From NCBI GenBank assembly GCA_038128265.1, contig JAYPJE010000004.1, forward strand, positions 54,303-118,302: a stretch of 64,000 bases of DNA, given 5' to 3'. Below are positions 1-9,849 of this stretch, piece after piece; position 1 is the stretch's first letter; each line of letters starts with the position of its first letter. The position numbers were made by a program, and so were the translations under genes. The DNA is from Gemmatimonadota bacterium (GTDB taxonomy: Bacteria > Latescibacterota > UBA2968 > UBA8231). The notes under the pieces were generated by a model that had not been told where the DNA came from, did not search any database, and saw nothing but the letters and a program-made list of their open reading frames with translations.

Positions 1-674
1 TGGCATTTACCATGGTCGGATTGAGCATGGTATTCTTTTATTGGGACCTGCCGCTGGAAATACCCCTGGCCATCCGCACCGGCCTCGTCGCGCTGATGGC
101 GACAGCGGTCCTGTTGGTGCTCATCCTGTGGAAAAAGCAGCAGCGCCTGTTCTCATCCATTGTGCGCCTGCTCAACCGCTTGGGCCTGCGTGCGCACGGC
201 GTTGAAGAGCGCATGGCCAAAGCCGGACGCATCGACGCCCGCATTGGCCACTTTTATCGCGAACACAAGGGGCGCTTTTTTCTCGTTCTCTTTTTTCACA
301 GTATCGGGTGGATGCTGGGGGCCTGCGAGACCTATGTCATCCTGCGGGCATTGGAACCCTCAATCAGCTTTCCCGTCGCCTTTTTAGTCACATCGCTGAC
401 GGTCATTATCAACAGCCTCTTTTTCTTTATGCCCTCCAACATAGGCATTTTGGAAGGCGGCCAGGTCTTTCTCCTAACCACGCTGGGCCTCAACCCGGCT
501 ATGGGCCTGTCGCTGGGCATTGCCAAACGCATGCGCAAAGTGTTCTGGATCTCTGTTGGCTGGCTCTTTCTAACCCGCCTCAGCCACAGGGCGCTGACAA
601 ACGAGCGCGAAGAGCACACGTCGCTCTCCCCGGAGCAACCGCCCGTCACGCGCGGGGAGTTGCACTACAATTGA
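1..674 (+). CDS. Lysylphosphatidylglycerol-synthase TM / flippase-like membrane protein (UPF0104, HpnL-like), 5' truncated by the window edge
   Basis: Frame is open to the window edge. Multi-TM protein with the family-typical 'FMPSNIGILEGG' and a downstream 'KRMRKVFW' segment. Confidence 0.75.
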   Translation, partial: AFTMVGLSMVFFYWDLPLEIPLAIRTGLVALMATAVLLVLILWKKQQRLFSSIVRLLNRLGLRAHGVEERMAKAGRIDARIGHFYREHKGRFFLVLFFHSIGWMLGACETYVILRALEPSISFPVAFLVTSLTVIINSLFFFMPSNIGILEGGQVFLLTTLGLNPAMGLSLGIAKRMRKVFWISVGWLFLTRLSHRALTNEREEHTSLSPEQPPVTRGELHYN

Positions 675-2020
675 TTGCTCTCTTCCTATCGTGCGCTTTT
701 GCTACCGGACTCTTGGCACAGGAATCCCCTGCCCCCTACGCACTGGAGCAGATCATCGCGCACGCACTCGAGCACAATATGGACATTGCGGCCGCGCGCT
801 GGAAGGTCGCCGCCGCCGATGCCCAGTTGCGCAAGGCGGAGTCCGCGCGCTTTCTGCCGCGCCTGCGCATCGACAGTGAGAGTGGACTTGTTCCAGAGGC
901 CAAGGGCGACGTATTCAACCCCCCGTCCGACACCTCCGGCGTTCGTCCGCTTGGACCATTTAACCGCACAGAGCTGGAATTCATACAGCCCATTTACCCC
1001 ATCAGCCGCGGTCGACAGCTCAAAGCGGCGGCGGAAAATGGCGTCAGCGTCGAACAGGCCGACTTGGCCGATGCGCGCGTCACCGCTGAATACGAGATAA
1101 AGAAGCTGTATCACGGCGTGCTACTAGCGCAGGATCTAAACGCGCTGGTACGGCGTCTAACGGACGAACTCAACGAGCGCCAGGACGAACTGGCGCAGTC
1201 CGACGCCCTGCCCATGTCCAGCCGCTATAAGCTGGATCTGGCCCTGCTCGAATTGGACAAGCAGGGGCGCCAAGTGGCCATGCAGCTCAGCATGGCGCAG
1301 CGCGCGCTGGCGTGGCGTGCCGGCCTAGCGGATTCGACGGCGCTGTCCCTGCGCGCACGCTGGCTGGCACCGGTCCAGACGGAGATTCCCGCATTGGAAG
1401 ACCTGGTCGATCAATCGCTCGCCCAACGCCCCGACTGGCGCAAGCTACAGGCCGGCATAGCCGCCAAGAGAGCGCTGCGCGAAGCCGCGGAGGGCGCCTA
1501 TAAGCCGCAGGTATTTATCGGCGGTGGGCTGCGCTTTGCCATCGCTCCGGGACGCACCGACCAGCGCAACCCCTTTGTGAAGGACGAGTTCAACCTCTTT
1601 AACGGCGCCGTGTTTATCGGCATGCGCCAATCGCTCGAGTTCCACCTGCTCGCCGCCGACGTGGCCAAGGCCGATGCCGAATACCGCCAGCTGGCCTCTA
1701 TGCGCGAAAGCGCGCGACAGGGCATGCAGCTAGATGTGCGGCGCGCCTACGCCGAATGGCAGCGCGCCGAAGGCGATTTGACCGCAGCCCGCCAGAGCAG
1801 GCAGCTAGCCCGCCAGTGGCTGAAAGAGGCCAAAGAGGAGTACGAGTTCGACGCCGACCAGCTCAAAGAGCTTATTACAGCATTCGAAAGCTGGGCACAG
1901 ATTGAGCAATCGTATTTTCAGGCCATATATGATTTCAACATCAGCGTTGCCGACTTAGAAAAGGCCTGCGGCGGCATTGCGCTCGGTCGGGAAAACGCGG
2001 AAGCGCTGCGCGATGACTAG
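671..2020 (+). CDS. TolC-family outer membrane efflux protein
   Basis: TTG at 671 overlaps the upstream TGA and follows a GGGGAG RBS. Signal peptide, then two OEP-like helical repeats ('LEQIIAHALEHNMDI', 'LAQRPDWRKL', 'YFQAIYDFNISVADLEKACG'). Confidence 0.85.
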   Translation: MIALFLSCAFATGLLAQESPAPYALEQIIAHALEHNMDIAAARWKVAAADAQLRKAESARFLPRLRIDSESGLVPEAKGDVFNPPSDTSGVRPLGPFNRTELEFIQPIYPISRGRQLKAAAENGVSVEQADLADARVTAEYEIKKLYHGVLLAQDLNALVRRLTDELNERQDELAQSDALPMSSRYKLDLALLELDKQGRQVAMQLSMAQRALAWRAGLADSTALSLRARWLAPVQTEIPALEDLVDQSLAQRPDWRKLQAGIAAKRALREAAEGAYKPQVFIGGGLRFAIAPGRTDQRNPFVKDEFNLFNGAVFIGMRQSLEFHLLAADVAKADAEYRQLASMRESARQGMQLDVRRAYAEWQRAEGDLTAARQSRQLARQWLKEAKEEYEFDADQLKELITAFESWAQIEQSYFQAIYDFNISVADLEKACGGIALGRENAEALRDD

Positions 2021-3323
2021 TCTCTTCAAATGCGTCCTACTCTTCTGCGCAATCGCGACAACCGCTCTGCACGCACAGCCCGCGCGCTTCACTGAAGCGT
2101 TGGAACAGCTACATCAGCAGCTACAGAGCCCCCAACGGCAGGGAGCGGCCCTTGCCGAGCATATAGTGCAGCAGTGGGTGGATCTGCCGCGTTTTGCCGA
2201 CGCTGCATTTGGTCCATACCTCAAAGGGAGCCTCGAATCCTATCGCGAAGTACTCGACGATGACACCTTCTCCGAGCTAGTCGAACAGTATCGGAGCCGC
2301 CTAGCGCAAGCGGTGGGCAAGCGCCTTGTCCGCGACGTGGGCCACCATTTCAACAACCCGACGCTTGCGGGCATCACGCTACTCGATTTGCGCGTCGACG
2401 AAGACGGTGTAGCCGCTTCGCTGGGCGTGGAAAATACCGACGGCCGCACGACGGTCCTCTCGTTGGACTTGACCGACGACGGCGAGGAGTGGCGCATCGT
2501 GCGCATGGCGGTTGACGGAGCCGATGTGGGAGCGCACTACCGCGCGCTGTGCAGCGATATCATTGCAGGGCGCTACTCCCTGCCGGTGCTGGTAAGTCGC
2601 CTCGAGGAGAGGCCCTACATACACGTGGAGGACTTTGCCGCAACGCCGGTTGGGCACACGCCGCTAGACTGGGGCTCCTGGCGAGAAAAGGATAAGGGCA
2701 AACCGCGTCTATACCGCGTCCACGCGCGCGGGGAGCAGCGCTACATCGCCGCGAGCGACTCCGGCTACTCGGTTATATTGGGCAAATTTGTCCACTGGAA
2801 CCCGCGCGAATACCCCATTATGACTTGGTGCTGGCGCGCCAATGCGATCCCCCCCGGCGGCAACGAATTTCTCGACCATGCCAACGACAGCGCGGCCGGA
2901 CTTTACGTCATCTTTTCGCAAAACTGGCTGCACGTGCCCAAACAGCTGAAGTACGTGTGGAGTTCGACGCTGCCAGAAGGAACCGTGGGACGCCGCAAAA
3001 AAATTTTCAGACCCTGGTTTTTCGTTCTTGAGAGCGGCGAAGAGCGCCTCGGACAGTGGACTTTTGAGCAAGTCGACCTCGAGCGAGACCACCGGCTCAA
3101 ACTCGGCGGCCTGCCCGCCGAACGCACGATTGGATTGGGTCTGTTAACGGATGCCAACTCAACCGATTCGTATGCAGAAGCCTTCTACGCGGACATGCGC
3201 GTTTGGAAGCGAGAGGCGCTGGAACGCCGCCAAATTACCGATCATTGCGGCGCTCTGCGCGACAACGGCCCAACGGCGCGTCGAGGGAGCGCGCTGGGGA
3301 GCCGCGACCCAATGGACCGATGA
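2013..3323 (+). CDS. Secreted fusion of an MlaC/Ttg2D-like domain and a DUF3047 domain
   Basis: ATG 2013 overlaps the tolC end, followed by a signal peptide. N-half is MlaC-like ('VDLPRFADAAFG', 'WRIVRMAVDG'). C-half is DUF3047-like ('YPIMTWCWR', 'NDSAAGLYVIF', 'LKYVWSS', 'LLTDANST'). Confidence 0.7.
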   Translation: MTSLFKCVLLFCAIATTALHAQPARFTEALEQLHQQLQSPQRQGAALAEHIVQQWVDLPRFADAAFGPYLKGSLESYREVLDDDTFSELVEQYRSRLAQAVGKRLVRDVGHHFNNPTLAGITLLDLRVDEDGVAASLGVENTDGRTTVLSLDLTDDGEEWRIVRMAVDGADVGAHYRALCSDIIAGRYSLPVLVSRLEERPYIHVEDFAATPVGHTPLDWGSWREKDKGKPRLYRVHARGEQRYIAASDSGYSVILGKFVHWNPREYPIMTWCWRANAIPPGGNEFLDHANDSAAGLYVIFSQNWLHVPKQLKYVWSSTLPEGTVGRRKKIFRPWFFVLESGEERLGQWTFEQVDLERDHRLKLGGLPAERTIGLGLLTDANSTDSYAEAFYADMRVWKREALERRQITDHCGALRDNGPTARRGSALGSRDPMDR

Positions 3324-3336
3324 GAGAGACTCCACT

Positions 3337-3963
3337 ATGAATAAGCGATATATTGGCATGCTGGTAACGCTGTGCCTGAGCGCCGTCGCCGCCTGGGGCC
3401 AGCCGCAGCCAACCGAACCAACCGTCAAAGGGCCCATAGATTTTCTCTCTGCGCACGATGCACGAGTCAGGTCGCTGCTGCAGAAAGCTCCCAGCGATAC
3501 CCTATCGCGCGCGCTGAAGGATACCATTAAGGCGAAAATCAATGCGGCGTTCGACTTTGAAGAGCTGAGCCGACTCGCGCTCGGAACTCACTGGGAACAA
3601 CGGACACCGGATGAGCGCGCCCACTTTGTGCGCACGTTCAGCGGCATCATACGCGAACAAAATTTTGACAGCTTTGTTCGCTATTACAGGGAAAGCACCA
3701 TTCGCTACGATAGCCAGCAAGTAGACGGCGACAAAGCCGTTGTCATGGCATCGGTCCCCCTCGAACGTGAAACGGTGGCCATCGCCTATGATTTGCACCG
3801 GCGCGACGACCGTTGGCTTGTTTGCGACCTCAGCATCGACGGGGCTAGCACGGCCGAGGGCAACAGGCGACGCTATGCCCGCTACTTGGAGAAAAAGTCA
3901 TACGATATGCTCATTCAGCAATTGGATAAGCAGCTGGCGCGCCTGCAGGAGGACGGAAAGTAG
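3337..3963 (+). CDS. MlaC/Ttg2D (HpnM-like) periplasmic lipid-binding protein
   Basis: Signal peptide; 'FDFEELSRLALGTHW...ERAHFVRTF' and 'WLVCDLSIDGAS'. Confidence 0.85.
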   Translation: MNKRYIGMLVTLCLSAVAAWGQPQPTEPTVKGPIDFLSAHDARVRSLLQKAPSDTLSRALKDTIKAKINAAFDFEELSRLALGTHWEQRTPDERAHFVRTFSGIIREQNFDSFVRYYRESTIRYDSQQVDGDKAVVMASVPLERETVAIAYDLHRRDDRWLVCDLSIDGASTAEGNRRRYARYLEKKSYDMLIQQLDKQLARLQEDGK

Positions 3964-3971
3964 TCCACGTC

Positions 3972-6374
3972 ATGCGCATCAACTATCAACGACTAGTACA
4001 CTACATATACCACCACCACATAGGCATTATCACGGTGGCGCTGTTGGTTTCCGTTTTCGCGGGCTTCTTTGCCGCCAAACTAGCCAAGAATATCAAGACC
4101 GATTTTGCCGACCTCTTGCCCGACAACTACGTCAGCGTGCATGAGCTCAATCGCATCAAAGCGCGCGTAGGCGGCATTGGTCCGCTGATGATCATCATTA
4201 CCGGCGACGATTTGGACAAGGCCGTCGAGTTTATGGAAGTCCTGGCAGACTCTCTAGAGGGCAGCCCGTACATCAGTTCGCTCAGCGCGCGCGATAGTCG
4301 CAAGGAAATGTTGAGGAAAAACCGGCTGCTCTATATGGACGTGCAGGATATAGAGACCATTTACACGCGCCTGGACGACCATATAGAGCTGGAGAAACTC
4401 AAGCAGTCCCCCCTGTACTTTGCCTTCGACGACGAGGAAGAGGAGATACTCGACTTCTCTGACATAGAGGACAAATACAGAAAGAAAGTCGCGGCAAAGT
4501 CGGAAACAGCGGCGCGCTACGACTCGTATATCCTGACCAAAGAGGAAAACGGCGTCATACTGCGCCTCTATCCATCTGGGGTAATTACCGACGTCCAATT
4601 TTCGCAGGCCCTGCTGGAGAGCCTTGACCGAACGATCAACGCCATCAACCCCAAGCGCTTCCATCCAAGCATTGAATACATCTACAAGGGCAGTTTTAAA
4701 AATAGCGCCAGTCAGGTAAAAATTATCATGGAGGACCTCAAGTCGACTGCTGCTTACAGCATCATCGGCGTGCTTCTCCTGATATCGATTTACTTTCGGC
4801 AGGTCCTCGCCTCCCTATTCATAGCCCTGCCGCTGCTGATGAGTCTAGCCTGGACGTTCGGAGTTACCCATCTGTTTATCGGCAGCCTCAACATGATCAC
4901 CGTCGGCCTCTTCGCCATTCTCTTTGGACTCGGCATCGACTTTGGCATTCACATCTTTGCCCGCTATAGAGAGGCGCGGCGACGCGGAACCAACGTAGAG
5001 GATGCACTGACCGAGACCGTCGTAAATACCGGCAGCGCCCTGACGACCACGGCCGTAACCACGGCCATAGCCTTTTATTCGCTGCTGATAACAGATTTCA
5101 AGGGCTTCTCCGAATTTGGCTTTATCGTCGGCACCGGCATCATTTTTTCGTTGGTGGCGATGATTATTATCTGTCCGGCCTTTATCGTCCTAGGCGAACG
5201 CCTGCACATCGTGCGCCTGGCGCGGCAGGACGTGCCGAGCCACCTGCTGCGCCGCGGCCACTATCCGGCACCCCTCGTCACTCTGCTGCTCGGCGCCACC
5301 GTTTCGCTGTATTCGCTCTACCACATCAACCACATCGAATTTGAGTACGATTTTAGCAGGCTCAAACCGGCGGCCGCTGCCAACGAAGACCGGGGTAGTT
5401 TGCCCGAAACACTTAAGGAGGGGCGCTCGCCGGCCATCGTCCTGACGGAGAGCTACGACGACGCCATGGAAGTGGTTAATACCGTCAAGCAAATCCGCGC
5501 AAGCCGCGGCGATTCATCGACGATTAACTCCGTAAAAAGCGTCTATTCAGTTCTGCCGCGCAGACAGGACGAAAAGCTCGAGATCATCTCCAAAATTCGC
5601 ACGCTGCTCGACGATAATGAAGATCTATTTAGCGACGACCAGCGCGCCAAGGTCGACTCGCTGCGTCCCTATGTAGACGTATCTAAGCTCACACTCTACG
5701 ATCTACCAGAAGACCTGACCAACGAGTTCAAGAGCAAGAGCGGGGAAATCCTAAGCTTTGTGGCGATCAATGCCTCCGTGCAGTTAAAAGACGGACGCAA
5801 TGCCATTCGCTTTGCCGACGAGATTCACACAATTACGACGCCATCTAACAAGACCTATTACGCATCGAGCTCACACGTCATCATAGCCGAAATGCTGCGC
5901 GTCATGCTCGATGATAGTTCGCTGGCCGTTATGCTTACTCTATCCGTCGTCACACTGGTGCTCCTCATCGACCTCCGCTCCTTCGTCGATACCTTGCTGG
6001 TCCTAACTCCCCTATTGACGGCACTCGTGTGGGTTATGGGCTTTATGTACGCTTTTGATATCAAACTCAATCTCTACAATATGGTCGCCTTTCCAACAAT
6101 CATTGGTATGGGTATCGACAACGGCGTCCACATGTTTCATCGCTATCGCGAGGCAGGCAAGGGCTCTCTCCGCCTGGTCCTACGCACGACGGGCGTGGCT
6201 CTGCTAGCCACCTCGCTAACAACTATGGTAGGCTTTTCTGGGCTCGTTCCCGCACACCACCCGGCGCTGACTTCTATCGGCGTGCTTTCACTTGTTGGCC
6301 TGGGCTGCTGTCTGCTGACTTCCATAACGCTCTTACCCGCCCTCTTGCAGCTGCGCGAACGCAGACGGGCCTAG
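3972..6374 (+). CDS. MMPL/RND-family lipid transporter (HpnN-like)
   Basis: 800 aa with two repeats carrying 'GLGIDFGIH' and 'GMGIDNGVH' and two large periplasmic loops. Confidence 0.9.
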   Translation: MRINYQRLVHYIYHHHIGIITVALLVSVFAGFFAAKLAKNIKTDFADLLPDNYVSVHELNRIKARVGGIGPLMIIITGDDLDKAVEFMEVLADSLEGSPYISSLSARDSRKEMLRKNRLLYMDVQDIETIYTRLDDHIELEKLKQSPLYFAFDDEEEEILDFSDIEDKYRKKVAAKSETAARYDSYILTKEENGVILRLYPSGVITDVQFSQALLESLDRTINAINPKRFHPSIEYIYKGSFKNSASQVKIIMEDLKSTAAYSIIGVLLLISIYFRQVLASLFIALPLLMSLAWTFGVTHLFIGSLNMITVGLFAILFGLGIDFGIHIFARYREARRRGTNVEDALTETVVNTGSALTTTAVTTAIAFYSLLITDFKGFSEFGFIVGTGIIFSLVAMIIICPAFIVLGERLHIVRLARQDVPSHLLRRGHYPAPLVTLLLGATVSLYSLYHINHIEFEYDFSRLKPAAAANEDRGSLPETLKEGRSPAIVLTESYDDAMEVVNTVKQIRASRGDSSTINSVKSVYSVLPRRQDEKLEIISKIRTLLDDNEDLFSDDQRAKVDSLRPYVDVSKLTLYDLPEDLTNEFKSKSGEILSFVAINASVQLKDGRNAIRFADEIHTITTPSNKTYYASSSHVIIAEMLRVMLDDSSLAVMLTLSVVTLVLLIDLRSFVDTLLVLTPLLTALVWVMGFMYAFDIKLNLYNMVAFPTIIGMGIDNGVHMFHRYREAGKGSLRLVLRTTGVALLATSLTTMVGFSGLVPAHHPALTSIGVLSLVGLGCCLLTSITLLPALLQLRERRRA

Positions 6375-6395
6375 TTTCAGCCCGCGCGCCACCGC

Positions 6396-6431
6396 AAAAG
6401 AAAAGGCCCGCCTGATGACAGGCGAGCCTTT
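6396..6431 (-). terminator. Rho-independent terminator downstream of tRNA-Gly (possibly bidirectional)
   Basis: Minus strand reads AAAGGCTCGCCTG-TCAT-CAGGCGGGCCTTT followed by TCTTTT. Confidence 0.75.
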
Positions 6432-6501
6432 GCGCTCGTCGAGTTTTGGATATATTCACAACAACGCGCCGCCGGAAAGCAATCCGACGGCGCGTTGAAA
6501 A

Positions 6502-6577
6502 TGGAGCGAGAGACGAGACTCGAACTCGCGACAACCACGTTGGCAACGTGGGGCTCTACCAACTGAGCTACTCTCGC
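6502..6577 (-). tRNA. tRNA-Gly (anticodon GCC)
   Basis: Reverse complement GCGAGAGTAGCTCAGTTGGTAGAGC...CCACG-TTGCCAA-CGTGG...GAGTTCGAGTCTC...TCTCGCTCCA is 76 nt, forms a cloverleaf and has an encoded CCA. Confidence 0.97.
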
Positions 6578-6603
6578 CAGCAAGTCAATTTTATAAGGAG
6601 CAA

Positions 6604-6632
6604 AATATAAGCATGGCCCATAGCGTCGTCAA
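6604..6632 (-). promoter_or_regulatory. Sigma70-type promoter for tRNA-Gly
   Basis: Minus strand TTGACG-N17-TATATT, about 26 nt upstream of the tRNA. It overlaps the start of the divergent CDS. Confidence 0.6.
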
Positions 6633-9600
6633 GGCGGCATCCGCCCTTTTTTACACCCTATCCATCTTCGCTCTAGGCGCCTGCGCGCCTTCTCCGCAAA
6701 CGGCCGATGGGCCCGGCAAACACCCCCCGTCCAGAGCGCGCTGGCACAACAACCAGGGCGTTGTCTATATGGACCAACACAACTACACGCGTGGACGCAG
6801 CGAGTTCGAACAGGCGATCTCCATTGCGTCGGACTACGCCGTCGCCCACGCCAATTTGGGTATTTCTCTCTACAGTCTGGGCAAGTACGACAGCGCCGCA
6901 ACGGCGCTGCAGACGGCGCTGCGCCACGACGACAACCTGTTACAGGCACACTACACGCTGGGGCTCATTTACAACGCTCAGGGCAAAGAGCACGATAATG
7001 CTCTGCAGTCGCTCAGTGCCGTAGCCTCTGCCGATCCAGATGATCCACACGTGCGCTACTATCTGGGTCAGGTGCGCGCCAAACTAGGCCAGAGTGAAGA
7101 AGCCATTGCCGACTTTAAAGAAGCCATACGCCTCGATCCGTACAACGTCTCTGCCTTCTATGGTATGGCCAACGCCCACCGCCGCTTGGGCAATGATAGC
7201 GACTGGCGCGCCGCACTGGAAAAATTCAACGAACTGAGTCAGGCGGGGCACCAGGGCGTGAGCTCTTCCTATCAGGGCCAGGGGCGCTATGCTGAAGTGG
7301 TCAGCGATGCCAGCGGTGCCGACCTAAGCGTCGATGACCGCAATGGCCCCTTTGCCTTTGCCGACCCCGAGCGCGTTGGCCCGACGCCGCTCTATGCGAC
7401 GCTTATCGACGGCGACGGCGATGGGGATGCAGACGTGCTGAGCGGCACGCCGCTAACGCTCTACGGGCGCGGCCGCGATGCGGTAGAGCTGGATCCCCCC
7501 GCTGCGCCGAGCTCCTTTGCACTGGCGGTCGATCTCGACAACGACGAGCGTCACGAAGTGGTATTATGCGGCGCGACAACCGAACTACTGCACGGCCCAG
7601 CGCCCTCGCAGTGGACGACGATGGCCACACTCCCCGCCGCGCAGCGCGCCGTCGCAGCAGATGTTGACCACGATGGCGATCTCGACCTGCTGCTCATGGG
7701 CGACCAGCACCACCTAATGACGAACGACGGTAAGGCGTCGTTTAACGACGTGACCGACGCGGCGTCACTGGGAGATCAGCCACCTATTCAACGGGCCATT
7801 TTCAGCGATTATGACGACGACCGCGACATCGACTTCTACGCCATTTCCAGCGAAGGACTTCACCTTTATAGCAACAACCGCGACGGCACCTTTAGCGACG
7901 TGGCCGCTTCCCTCGGCCTCACTCCCTCGGCGCCCCGGGCAATGGCCGTCGAGGACGTTGACCAAGACGGTTATATGGATCTCCTGGTGGTGTCAGACGA
8001 CGGTTCGGTAACGCTGTGGCACAACGAGGGAGGCACGGGCTTTACGCGCCAGAGCACCACCGAGGCCGCGGGTGCGATGGCCCTGCTGAGCGCCGATGTC
8101 GACAACGACGGCGATATGGACTTTTGGCAACTGGGCGACAGCGGCGCAACCCTGCTGGCCTGGCACGATGGCTCCCTGCGCGCCGCCGAGCGCGTTCTGG
8201 AAGGGCAAAAGACCTATCCTGCGCTTGCCGCTGACTTTGACCGCGATGGGCGCACCGACCTGTGGAGTGCGGGCTCGCTCGTAGCAAACAGGACACAGGG
8301 AGGTCGCTGGGTCCGCATAGCCTTACAGGGGCTCAACAGCAACCGCGCCGGCATTGGCACCAAGGTGGAAATCAAAACGGAAAACCGCATGCAGAAGCGC
8401 GAAGTGCGCGGCAACGGCAATGCCGAGGGCGAATTGCTGTTTGGCCTGGCCGAAAACGATTCGCTGGAGTTCGTGCGCATCCTGTGGCCCGGCGGCGTGC
8501 GCCAAACCGAGCTGGCCACCGGAGCCGGCCAGCGCCTCGCCCTTAAAGAGCTCGACCGCAAGGGCACATCCTGCCCGATACTCTATGCGTGGAATGGCGA
8601 GCGCTACCAATTTGTCACCGATATTCTCGGCGGGGGGATCATCGGCTACTTTATCGCACCCGGCCAGTACTACTACCCCGACAGCGATGAATACGTGCCG
8701 CTTGGAGCCATCGAAACGCGCAACGGCCACTACTCGCTCAAGCTGGCCAACCAGCTCGAAGAGATCATTTACATCGACGCGCTTGAACTGGTAGCCGTGG
8801 ACCATCCGGCCGACGTCGCGGTCTATCCGAACGAACGCCTGCTGTCGACTCCTCCCTACCCCGAATTTGCCCTCTATCCGCTCGCCGACCTGCGCCCACC
8901 GCGCGATGCCGTAGACCACCTCGGCCGCCGCGTGCTGTCCGACTTACAAGCAATAGACGACGTCTGGTATGACGATTTCGGCCTGACAGACATACACGGC
9001 TATGCCCAAGAGTACAGCCTTACGCTCGACCTAGGCGACTTGAGCGACGTCGAACATCCCGTCCTCCTAGGCTACGGATGGGTTGACTACGCCCACTCCA
9101 GCTCGAATTGGGCGGCGGCCCAACGCGACTTATCGCTGGCGCCGCCGCGTATTGAGGCCGCCGACGGGCGCGGTGGGTGGCGCCTATTGAGCAGCGATAT
9201 GGGCACGCCTGCAGGCCTCCCCAAGCATATGCTTTTTGACCTGCGCGACGCCTTTGTGGGCGACGACTATCGCGTGCGCATTACGACCAACGCGGCTATC
9301 TATTGGGATCAGTTTCTGGTAGGTGCCGCGCAAGACAGCGACCTGCGCGTGCAGCGCATGCGACCGTCCTCCGCCGATTTAAGCTGGCGAGGCTATCCCG
9401 CTCACACGTCGATCAACGGCACTTTTGCCTTTCGCTACCACTACGACCAGCTCCACCTAGAAGCTCCCTGGGGCACACACGGCGGAGCCTATACGCGCCT
9501 TGGTCCAGTCGACGAACTGGTCGATGCAATCGACGATCGCTTCGTAATTATGTTTCACGGCGACGAGCTGAGCTTTGAGTTCTCCACCGATCACATGCAA

Positions 9601-9822
9601 CCACCTGCTCCCGGCATGCAGCGCAGCTTCCTGCTCTACGCCAATGGCTTTGGCAAGGACATGGACTTCCACTCAGCCCATTCGCAGACGGTGGAGCCCC
9701 TGCCCTTTCACGGCATGTCCTCCTACCCCTATCCAGCCGAGGAGCGCTATCCACAGAGCGAGGCGCACTTGGACTATGTCGAAGAGTACAATACGCGCCG
9801 CGTGCGGGGCTACTACCGCTAG
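6613..9822 (+). CDS. TPR + FG-GAP/VCBS repeat + ASPIC/UnbV domain lipoprotein
   Basis: Lipobox 'ALGAC', about 5 TPRs and repeated DxDxDGDxD motifs. ASPIC/UnbV signature 'SNRAGIGTKV...FGL...VRILWPGG', then a ~400-aa C-terminal domain starting 'SCPILYAWNG'. Confidence 0.85.
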   Translation: MAHSVVKAASALFYTLSIFALGACAPSPQTADGPGKHPPSRARWHNNQGVVYMDQHNYTRGRSEFEQAISIASDYAVAHANLGISLYSLGKYDSAATALQTALRHDDNLLQAHYTLGLIYNAQGKEHDNALQSLSAVASADPDDPHVRYYLGQVRAKLGQSEEAIADFKEAIRLDPYNVSAFYGMANAHRRLGNDSDWRAALEKFNELSQAGHQGVSSSYQGQGRYAEVVSDASGADLSVDDRNGPFAFADPERVGPTPLYATLIDGDGDGDADVLSGTPLTLYGRGRDAVELDPPAAPSSFALAVDLDNDERHEVVLCGATTELLHGPAPSQWTTMATLPAAQRAVAADVDHDGDLDLLLMGDQHHLMTNDGKASFNDVTDAASLGDQPPIQRAIFSDYDDDRDIDFYAISSEGLHLYSNNRDGTFSDVAASLGLTPSAPRAMAVEDVDQDGYMDLLVVSDDGSVTLWHNEGGTGFTRQSTTEAAGAMALLSADVDNDGDMDFWQLGDSGATLLAWHDGSLRAAERVLEGQKTYPALAADFDRDGRTDLWSAGSLVANRTQGGRWVRIALQGLNSNRAGIGTKVEIKTENRMQKREVRGNGNAEGELLFGLAENDSLEFVRILWPGGVRQTELATGAGQRLALKELDRKGTSCPILYAWNGERYQFVTDILGGGIIGYFIAPGQYYYPDSDEYVPLGAIETRNGHYSLKLANQLEEIIYIDALELVAVDHPADVAVYPNERLLSTPPYPEFALYPLADLRPPRDAVDHLGRRVLSDLQAIDDVWYDDFGLTDIHGYAQEYSLTLDLGDLSDVEHPVLLGYGWVDYAHSSSNWAAAQRDLSLAPPRIEAADGRGGWRLLSSDMGTPAGLPKHMLFDLRDAFVGDDYRVRITTNAAIYWDQFLVGAAQDSDLRVQRMRPSSADLSWRGYPAHTSINGTFAFRYHYDQLHLEAPWGTHGGAYTRLGPVDELVDAIDDRFVIMFHGDELSFEFSTDHMQPPAPGMQRSFLLYANGFGKDMDFHSAHSQTVEPLPFHGMSSYPYPAEERYPQSEAHLDYVEEYNTRRVRGYYR

Positions 9823-9849
9823 CCCAGCCGCGGCCTGAGGGCAACCGCA

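Noticed and set aside
308..670. Long N-terminal extension of the TolC ORF in the ORF track
   Set aside because: It overlaps the upstream membrane gene out of frame. The RBS, TTG and signal peptide at 671 give a better start.
6377..6583. 68-aa minus-strand ORF
   Set aside because: It is a translation of tRNA-Gly and its terminator.
6430..6620. tRNA-Gly as a genomic-island attachment site
   Set aside because: No integrase, no duplicated tRNA 3' end noticed and no compositional shift in the flanks.
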